Shown here: in pieces, positions 25,488 through 31,752 of the stretch
Numbering within the stretch: the first letter of the stretch is position 1
How the letters are laid out: each line of letters starts with the position of its first letter
From: Methanobacteriota archaeon
Lineage (GTDB): Archaea; Hydrothermarchaeota; Hydrothermarchaeia; Hydrothermarchaeales; JACRDW01
Length of the DNA: 31,752 bases
Assembly (NCBI GenBank): GCA_043820925.1
Contig: JBDRDL010000061.1
Span: forward strand, 1-31,752
Reading direction: 5' to 3'
The notes under the pieces: model-generated
The model's input: only the letters and a program-made list of their open reading frames with translations
What the model was told of the DNA's origin: nothing
Databases searched by the model: none
Program-made: the position numbers and the translations under genes

Positions 25488-26123
25488 ATGGAAATTAAGT
25501 TGCCAGAGCCGAAGTACAAAGGCAGCGTTTCTGTGGAGGAAGCCATTTCAAGGAGGAGGTCTGTAAGGGAATTCAGCGGCAAAGGAATAACTCTTGAAGA
25601 GCTCTCCCAGATTCTCTGGGCTGCGCAGGGAATAACTGGCGGGGATTCCGAGAGGAAGCTGGCAAAAACGCCGTCTTTCTCACGAAAGGAGCGGGGATAT
25701 AAACTGCGGAGCGTACCTTCTGCAGGTGCGCTGTATCCCATTGAAATATACGTTGCAACCGGGGAAGGCATCTATCGCTATCTGCCAGAAAAAAACTCGC
25801 TGAAGCAGGTTCACAAGGAAGATGCCAGAAAAGCGCTCTACGAAGCATCTCTTCACCAAGAGTTTATAAAAGACGCTCCTGCGGTCATCGTTATCGCAGC
25901 AGTTTTTGAGAGAACCAAAAGCAAATATGGAGAGCGGGGAACAAGATACGTTTACGCTGAGGCAGGACATGTTTCACAGAATATTTATTTACAGTGCGAA
26001 TCCCTTGGTTTAGGCACAGTTGCGGTCGGAGCATTTTATGATAAAGCTGTGCAGAAAGTACTAAAGCTACCAAGAGACCACGAGCCAATCTATATAATGC
26101 CGATTGGTCGCAAAAGGTTATGA
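25488..26123 (+). CDS. SagB/ThcOx-family nitroreductase with a 15-aa in-frame insertion
   Basis: IKLPEP, RRRSVREF, LSQILWAAQGIT[insert]...RSVPSAGALYP, EAGHVSQNIYL, VGAFYD. Confidence 0.92.
   Translation: MEIKLPEPKYKGSVSVEEAISRRRSVREFSGKGITLEELSQILWAAQGITGGDSERKLAKTPSFSRKERGYKLRSVPSAGALYPIEIYVATGEGIYRYLPEKNSLKQVHKEDARKALYEASLHQEFIKDAPAVIVIAAVFERTKSKYGERGTRYVYAEAGHVSQNIYLQCESLGLGTVAVGAFYDKAVQKVLKLPRDHEPIYIMPIGRKRL
25643..25690 (+). repeat. GNRA palindromic element, short copy (45-bp insertion) in the nitroreductase
   Basis: GGA TTCC-GAGA-GGAAGCTGGC-AAAAAC-GCCGTCTTTC-TCAC-GAAA GGA; GGA at 25643 and 25688, 45 bp apart. Confidence 0.85.
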
Positions 26124-26818
26124 GCAGGTTAAAAAAAGTTGTCGACAGATACATGCAAAAAGTGCCGGAAGTAAAGGGCTACTGCGAGCGCTGCCTGGCG
26201 ACGAGGCGATGGAATGGAAATGCTGTTTTAATGGTCGTGGATGCAGCATTCACTTCGATTGGTCTGAATTATTTCCAGGCCGTTGTTCCGAAGGTTGAAG
26301 AATTTGAGAGAGCCTTCGTGAGAACCGGGAAAATCAAGAGCATGGAAGATTTAGCTTCTGCAGATGCAGGAGAGCTTAAAAAAGTCTGGAAGAACGAGCG
26401 CTCATGGAGAGTTGCCAAAGGAATTGCTTCATATCTTTCCAGCCTAAAGAAAAAAAACTTGAGCGACAGGGAGGCGCTGATTAAATGGGCGAGGAATTCG
26501 AGTCTTGGAAACTGGAAGAATGATGCAATTGGAAGAATAGACGGAGTGGGAATAAACACCTTTCAGTATCTGCGCATGATGGGCGGAGTTGATACCGCAA
26601 TGCCGGACAAAATAGTTAAAAGGATGATAAACAAAATTTTGAAAGAGGCAGGAAGAAACTCTGTCGAAGAAGACCTCGCTTTCATTGAAACTGTGCATGA
26701 AATATCAAAGGAAACGGGATACAAAGCAATTGAGCTGTGCTGGATGACCTGGCTGGTGCAGTCCGAGGGAGGAAAAATAAGAATTCAGAAGTACTCGAAG
26801 GTGCTGCCTAAAATTTAA
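26120..26818 (+). CDS. Conserved hypothetical protein, probable HhH-GPD-like fold
   Basis: IDGVGINTFQYLRMMGGVDTAMPD resembles HhH plus the downstream Asp; ATGA-coupled to the nitroreductase. Confidence 0.55.
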   Translation: MSRLKKVVDRYMQKVPEVKGYCERCLATRRWNGNAVLMVVDAAFTSIGLNYFQAVVPKVEEFERAFVRTGKIKSMEDLASADAGELKKVWKNERSWRVAKGIASYLSSLKKKNLSDREALIKWARNSSLGNWKNDAIGRIDGVGINTFQYLRMMGGVDTAMPDKIVKRMINKILKEAGRNSVEEDLAFIETVHEISKETGYKAIELCWMTWLVQSEGGKIRIQKYSKVLPKI

Positions 26819-27330
26819 ACATAAGGCAGAAAAATGTCCGGGCGCTTTTTATAAATCATCCTGTCCAGCTCCCTGCTCAGTTCTGCATCCAGCTTTCTCT
26901 GCTTTTCTGAAACAAAGTCTATCTGCCTAGTTGGCAATGTTATTGGACCTACGATAGCAGGAGAGGTTATCCTATCGGTCGCAACAGGTTCTTTTCTCAA
27001 TATCTTCCTAATCACTTTATCTGGAACATCAGCTTCCAGAATGTCCCTTATGCATTCCTCGGAAACTGGTCTGAAGCCGAAGGGGTAGGGGTCTCTCAAA
27101 AAAGGTCTCAGGCTTTTGTCGATTTCTTCTATCCTCAGGCCGCATCCTATGGTTTCATAGGGATTTATCTGTTCTTCCTTGAGCATCCACATCCTATCAG
27201 CATGCAGAACAATAGTGGAGGTATAACCTCTGGAGTCTCTCCCTACCAGAACATGCCATTTTCTAGGATTTCGGTTGTACAAACTTTTTATTTCTTCTCT
27301 CACTTTTTCAGACGGTCTTATTTTCATCAA
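26815..27330 (-). CDS. Hypothetical protein
   Basis: 171-aa ORF with natural composition that fills the gap; no recognised motif. Confidence 0.65.
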   Translation of the reverse strand: MMKIRPSEKVREEIKSLYNRNPRKWHVLVGRDSRGYTSTIVLHADRMWMLKEEQINPYETIGCGLRIEEIDKSLRPFLRDPYPFGFRPVSEECIRDILEADVPDKVIRKILRKEPVATDRITSPAIVGPITLPTRQIDFVSEKQRKLDAELSRELDRMIYKKRPDIFLPYV

Positions 27331-27379
27331 CTATCACTTGCATTTTTCACGTAATCAAAAATTGTTTTTGGACGTTAAG

Positions 27380-27593
27380 CTGAAGATTGACATTCATCGG
27401 GCAGAGATAAGGTTCTCTACCCATGAAATATCGAGGCTTAAAAGAATCGATTCAGATATCTGGCAAACTCGTAAGAAAGGCAGGGAAGAATGGGGACATT
27501 TGTACCGTTATTAAGAGATACAAGGGCTGCGATATTGTAGTTGAGTTTGCACATCGCCAGAGTCGCATCGATGTAGTAACAATAGTGCAATAA
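27380..27593 (+). pseudogene. DUF4258-like (RelE-fold) toxin relic
   Basis: IRFSTH in one frame joined at CATG (27422-27425) to MKYRGL...IDVVTIVQ* in another frame; the family pattern FSxHAxxRMxxRGI is shortened. Confidence 0.5.
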
Positions 27594-27872
27594 AGAAACA
27601 GAGCACAAGGAAGAGCTAATAGAAGTTTTGGAGGATATTCTCGACAAGGCTGAAGTCTGCTCTGTTTGCGGTGAGGAGTGGGTGCCAGAGAGCGAGCTTA
27701 GGCGTGCTGCAAGAGAGGCAAAGGACAAAAATGTTTTGACAATCAAGCGAAAGCTTGTGAAGCTCAGGGATTCTATAGCGGTTAGAATACCAAGCGACAT
27801 AGCAAGTTCGCTTGGACTTAAATAGAGTTCTACACGACCAAAGATGAAATTCGAATGAAGAAGCCAAATTAA
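27586..27872 (+). pseudogene. YgiT-type zinc finger + AbrB/MazE antitoxin relic
   Basis: KAEVCSVCGEE and DSIAVRIPSDIA..LGLK; frameshifted tail IEFYTTKDEIRMKK; first CxxC and start are missing. Confidence 0.62.
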
Positions 27873-27877
27873 CAACG

Positions 27878-29065
27878 TTACTCATATCTAAGCGCTTCAA
27901 CCGGGTCGAGCTTCGAAGCCCTGTAGGCAGGGTAGATGCCCGAGATGCAGCCGATGAACAGGGAGAAAAATATTGCTCCTAGCACCATCTGCTGCGTTAT
28001 AACTGTCGTAAAGCTCCCGCCGATGTAGAGCCTGCCTGCGTACTCGATTATCTTTGAAATCACAGCTCCGAGCGCGATTCCAATAGTACCGCCGGCAATT
28101 CCTACAAGTCCTGATTCAATCAGAAACATGCTCAGTATAAGAGAATTCGTTGCTCCGGTAGCTTTCATGACACCTATCTCCCTGGTGCGCTCCATGACGC
28201 TCATGAGCATGGTATTCATGATTATGACTCCGCCGACGAGTATCGAAACTGAAGCTATGCCACCCAGTACAAATGAGACTATTGTGGTTATCTGGGCTAT
28301 CTGCTCTGCCATCTGCCTCGAAGTAATTACATCAAAGTCCTTGCCACCCCGCATTTTCTCAAGCACGTCTTCTATTTTTTTGGCGACCTGGTCTACGACA
28401 TTCTCGCTGTCGCAGAGCACGAACATTCCTGTTATTTCGCCGTATGCGTTGAAGAGTGGCTGAGCCTTTTGCAGCGGCATGAATATTATAGTATCCCTTG
28501 GATTGTTTCCACTCTCTTGGAAGATTCCGACAACCCTGAAGCTCTTGCCTTCTATCTTCACGCTATCTCCGGTTCTAATCTCCCTGCTGAATACGTTCTT
28601 GGCAGTCCTGTAGCCTAAAACAACGCCGTCCTCATAGTCTCTGAAGAGCCTTCCTTCCTTTATGCTGTACATCTTAGAAAATACAACCGATGCCCCGCTT
28701 TCAGTTCCACGTATTGAGACTGTCTGCTTTTCACCCTTGTACTCTGCCACAGCCGCTTTTAATAGAACAGGATATGCTGACTTTACCCCTGGAATATACC
28801 TTACATCCTGAAGCTGCGAATCTGTAAAAGGAACTGTACCAGCAGGAGGACCAAAAGCATGCGCTTCAAAGCCGCCTGGAAAAACGAAAATAACGTCCCC
28901 CCCTACTTTTCCAATTTCTTTGCTGATAGATACCCGCATCCCCTCGCCTATCGAAACCATCGCTATTATCACTGCGATGCCAACAATCATTCCAAGCAGG
29001 GTTAGAAAAGTCCTGGTTTTTTGCTGCGACAGACTTCTCACAGAGTAGATTAGATATTCCTTCAT
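27878..29065 (-). CDS. ABC transporter permease, MacB/FtsX/SalY family
   Basis: RTFLTLLG..VGIA, VGG..IMNTM..SVMERTREIGVMKA.GA, SGIYPAYRASKLDPVEALRYE. Confidence 0.93.
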   Translation of the reverse strand: MKEYLIYSVRSLSQQKTRTFLTLLGMIVGIAVIIAMVSIGEGMRVSISKEIGKVGGDVIFVFPGGFEAHAFGPPAGTVPFTDSQLQDVRYIPGVKSAYPVLLKAAVAEYKGEKQTVSIRGTESGASVVFSKMYSIKEGRLFRDYEDGVVLGYRTAKNVFSREIRTGDSVKIEGKSFRVVGIFQESGNNPRDTIIFMPLQKAQPLFNAYGEITGMFVLCDSENVVDQVAKKIEDVLEKMRGGKDFDVITSRQMAEQIAQITTIVSFVLGGIASVSILVGGVIIMNTMLMSVMERTREIGVMKATGATNSLILSMFLIESGLVGIAGGTIGIALGAVISKIIEYAGRLYIGGSFTTVITQQMVLGAIFFSLFIGCISGIYPAYRASKLDPVEALRYE

Positions 29066-30249
29066 GCTCCCCTCCTCAGCGCTTCCACAGGTTCGAGTTT
29101 TGAGGCTTTATATGCCGGATAAATCCCGGAAATTATGCCAACGACAAAAGCGAACAGCAGCGCTGAGAGTGCCATTTCTGGAGTAACGGTGGTATAGAGA
29201 ATACCCTGACCCAAGTACTTGCTTGCGGCCATGTTTATTGCTTTTGAAATTGCGTACCCGAAGAGCACGCCGATGCTCCCGCCGACTGCCCCTATCACTC
29301 CCGACTCGAATAGGAATATGCGCAAGATATGCTCTCTGGAAGCCCCGACGGATTTCATTATGCCTATTTCTACAGTACGCTCGAGAACGTTCATAACCAT
29401 CGTATTTGCAATGCCTATGCCGCCGACCACAAGAGAAACCGCAGCAATGCCCCCGAATACTATCTGTATTATTTTAAAGGTTTCTCCCACCTGCTCCACG
29501 ATTTGCTTCGGAGTGAGTACCACGAAATTTTTCTCTCCCAAGCGCTTCTCCAGCGCATCTTCTATCCGCATTGCAACCTGCTCGATGTTGCTTCCTTCTT
29601 TAATTCTGACTATTATAATGGAAACTTCTTTTTCTTTTCCCATTAGCTGCCGCAGCTGCTCTATATCCGCATATATCGCATAATCGCTGTCCCTGTCCCC
29701 AGTTTGCTTGAAAACTCCAGCTACCTGGAAGGAATGCTCCCTTATGTACAAAGCATTCCCTACGTGCACCTCTCTCTCGAAAAAGTCGTCGTGGATTCCG
29801 TATCCTATGGTTATCTTGTTTCTGTCCCCCTTTCCAATCCAGCGTCCTTCCAGGATAGTATATCCGCTTGCGCCTGCAAAAGTCTTTTCAGCTTTTTCAG
29901 GGTCGAGTCCCCAGACCGTGCCTGTCTTCTCTTCGCCCCTGAACTTTACGTTTGTTGAAACGCTGTACAGAGAGGAAACCAAGGAAACGCCCATCACACC
30001 GTCGATGGCATCTGCATCGTCGTCCGTAAGTTCTTTGGTTCTTCCGCCGAGAACTTGCGGAGTGCTTACTATGAGCTTATCAGTGCCGAGAACCTTTAAT
30101 TGCTCCTCAAGCGCAACTTTCATCCCAGTACCTATGGATATCATGGAAACTACGGCAGCGATTCCTATTATGACGCCGAGCAGCGTCAGGAAAGTTCGAA
30201 ATTTTCGATAGGAAAGGTTCTTGAGAGAAAGCAGGGCGTAGTCAATCAT
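29062..30249 (-). CDS. ABC transporter permease, MacB/FtsX/SalY family (paralogue)
   Basis: RTFLTLLGVIIGIA, VGGIGIANTM..NVLERTVEIGIMKSVGA, YPAYKASKLEPVEALR. Confidence 0.93.
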   Translation of the reverse strand: MIDYALLSLKNLSYRKFRTFLTLLGVIIGIAAVVSMISIGTGMKVALEEQLKVLGTDKLIVSTPQVLGGRTKELTDDDADAIDGVMGVSLVSSLYSVSTNVKFRGEEKTGTVWGLDPEKAEKTFAGASGYTILEGRWIGKGDRNKITIGYGIHDDFFEREVHVGNALYIREHSFQVAGVFKQTGDRDSDYAIYADIEQLRQLMGKEKEVSIIIVRIKEGSNIEQVAMRIEDALEKRLGEKNFVVLTPKQIVEQVGETFKIIQIVFGGIAAVSLVVGGIGIANTMVMNVLERTVEIGIMKSVGASREHILRIFLFESGVIGAVGGSIGVLFGYAISKAINMAASKYLGQGILYTTVTPEMALSALLFAFVVGIISGIYPAYKASKLEPVEALRRGA

Positions 30250-30336
30250 TTCCTCACCAACCTTCTGAAAGGTTGATCATCATACGTCGTGCTATCTCCG
30301 TTTCACTCCGATAGCACATAGTTCTTTTTGGGGTGA

Positions 30337-30381
30337 ATTCCGCAAGGAAGCTGGCGTGTCCGCCATTCTTTCTTGCGAAAG
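30337..30381 (+). repeat. GNRA palindromic element, intergenic copy (antisense to the ABC operon)
   Basis: ATTCC-GCAA-GGAAGCTGGCG-TGTC-CGCCATTCTTTC-TTGC-GAAAG. Confidence 0.85.
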
Positions 30382-30411
30382 TAGCACTTTTTCTTACAAG
30401 AAAAAGGGTTA

Positions 30412-31104
30412 TCATTTCCTCACCTCCATGCCTTCTATAAGTCCGTCCCTGAGCTTTATCATCCTCTGCGCTTTTCTCCCGAATTCTGGCTCATGGGTTA
30501 CGATGACGACCGTTTTGCCTTCTTCATTCAGTTTTTGAAGCAGGTTCATTATCTCCTCCCCTGAGCGCATGTCCAAGTTACCTGTCGGTTCATCTGCCAG
30601 GATTATCTCAGGACTGTTTGCAAGCGCCCTCGCTATCGCAACCCTCTGCCGTTCGCCGCCTGAGAGTTCAGCAGGTCTGTGCTTCAGCCGGTGCTCAAGC
30701 CCAACCGCTTTAAGCAGCTGTGCAGCTTGCCTGCTGCGCTTTTCTCTTGCCACGCCCGCAAACCACATCGGAAGCTCTACGTTTTCTGTTGCACTGAGCC
30801 TTGGAATAAGGTTGAACTGCTGGAAAACGAAGCCTACTTTTTTTCTACGAATCTCTGCAAGCTTATTCTCGCTCAGCTTTGAGACATTCTTCCCGTCGAT
30901 GTAAACTTCTCCGCTCGTTGGTCTGTCGAGGCAGCCTATGAGATTCATGACGGTGCTCTTTCCAGAGCCGGAGGAACCCATTATGGAGACGAACTCCCCC
31001 CTGTATATTTCAAAGCTGATGCCCCGAAGCGCTGGCACTTTCACTTTGTCCATCATATATGTTTTGCTGACGTTTTCAAGCCTGACTATTTCCATAGGCA
31101 TCAT
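30412..31104 (-). CDS. ABC transporter ATP-binding protein (LolD/MacB family)
   Basis: Walker A GSSGSGKST, LSGGERQR, ILADEPTGNLD, VTH; ATG 31104 overlaps the upstream stop. Confidence 0.95.
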   Translation of the reverse strand: MMPMEIVRLENVSKTYMMDKVKVPALRGISFEIYRGEFVSIMGSSGSGKSTVMNLIGCLDRPTSGEVYIDGKNVSKLSENKLAEIRRKKVGFVFQQFNLIPRLSATENVELPMWFAGVAREKRSRQAAQLLKAVGLEHRLKHRPAELSGGERQRVAIARALANSPEIILADEPTGNLDMRSGEEIMNLLQKLNEEGKTVVIVTHEPEFGRKAQRMIKLRDGLIEGMEVRK

Positions 31105-31751
31105 TCGCTGCGGCGCCTTCTTACAAGATAAATCAAGCCGAGCAAAATTACAGCTCCTGCCCCTATCCATATGTACGGAATTGTCTTCGGAGCTTCTGTC
31201 ACAGCCATGCTGAAGTGCTTCCTTTCAGAATGCTCTATGCCTCTGTCGTCCAAGTAAGATATCTGCATTTCTATGTCATAGCTCCCGGGCTCAGCGTTTT
31301 TTGCAACACTCAGGTCGAAGATTGCGGTCGAAGTGTCGTCCTGCTTCAGCGAGCCCAGAAATGAGGTGCGCTCGCCTGCGAATTCCTTCATCGCCGCAAG
31401 CTGAACTTTCACAGCCTTCGCATCCTGCTTTCCAACATTTTCAACCTGCACAGAAAGCGTAAAATCCTTGCCAGAATAGAGCTTCGTGGGCGAGGTTGTT
31501 ACTCCTGCGATTTCTATATCAATTTCGCCCCGCTCGCTGACATACACTTCAAATTTTTTCTCGATTATTTTTCTAACGCCGTTTTCGTCCAAGTAAGATG
31601 TTTGCAGGGAGAAATCATAAGCCTTGCTGGGCGCATCTTTCGAGACCTTCATGTTATATGTTGCAGTTGAAGTTTTATCTTTCTCCAGAGTGCCTATGAA
31701 TGCGGTGCGCTCGCCTGCGAATTCCCCCGGGAAAGCGAGCCTTGCTTCCAC
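31101..31751 (-). CDS. COG1361/CARDB-repeat cell-surface protein, C-terminal part (5' truncated by window)
   Basis: Ig-like repeats (VENVG...AKAV, PGSY.I...ISY.D..G), C-terminal TM helix plus RRRR; typical partner of archaeal SalXY ABC systems. Confidence 0.8.
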   Translation of the reverse strand: MEARLAFPGEFAGERTAFIGTLEKDKTSTATYNMKVSKDAPSKAYDFSLQTSYLDENGVRKIIEKKFEVYVSERGEIDIEIAGVTTSPTKLYSGKDFTLSVQVENVGKQDAKAVKVQLAAMKEFAGERTSFLGSLKQDDTSTAIFDLSVAKNAEPGSYDIEMQISYLDDRGIEHSERKHFSMAVTEAPKTIPYIWIGAGAVILLGLIYLVRRRRSE

Positions 31752-31752
31752 A

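Noticed and set aside
25644..25663. TCC-GNRA-GGAAGC resembles SRP RNA helix 8
   Set aside because: The upstream CAGG and the rest of SRP RNA are absent, and the motif is multi-copy and inside genes.
25639..25698. 8-bp direct repeat GCGGGGAT around the nitroreductase insert as a target-site duplication
   Set aside because: The copies are 52 bp apart, so excision would shift the frame; the 45-bp boundary restores normal spacing.
386..31213. Numerous short overlapping or antisense ORFs in the six-frame track
   Set aside because: They lie within well-supported genes and show no independent motifs.

Overview
Gene-dense archaeal (euryarchaeote-type, H4MPT/corrinoid-using) chromosomal segment. Intact genes include late cobalamin genes (cobQ partial, cbiB, cobZ, cobS, cobY), Trm112, mscS-TPS/TPP-GH15, an acyP-DUF362-ACT-hom-apgM-like operon, three radical SAM genes, two HhH-GPD-like genes, cobA, mch, thyX, a Nudix hydrolase, a core methionine synthase, a SagB-type nitroreductase and a MacB/LolD-type ABC system with a COG1361 protein. 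The structure not explained by the ORF track has four parts. (1) A small palindromic repeat family built from two inverted GNRA-capped hairpins is inserted in frame in cobA (84 bp) and the nitroreductase (45 bp), is intergenic in the ABC operon, and probably has a partial relative in a radC relic. (2) Toxin-antitoxin cassettes sit at the 3' ends of housekeeping genes and are flanked by duplications of those gene ends (about 40 bp of thyX, 11 bp of cobA). (3) Several pseudogenes (thrB, radC, HEPN, a transposase, DUF4258/AbrB) decayed mainly by clean internal block deletions. (4) Canonical homoserine kinase is dead while an ApgM-family gene is coupled to hom. No rRNA, tRNA or CRISPR array was seen. 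All family calls come from motif recognition, not database searches.
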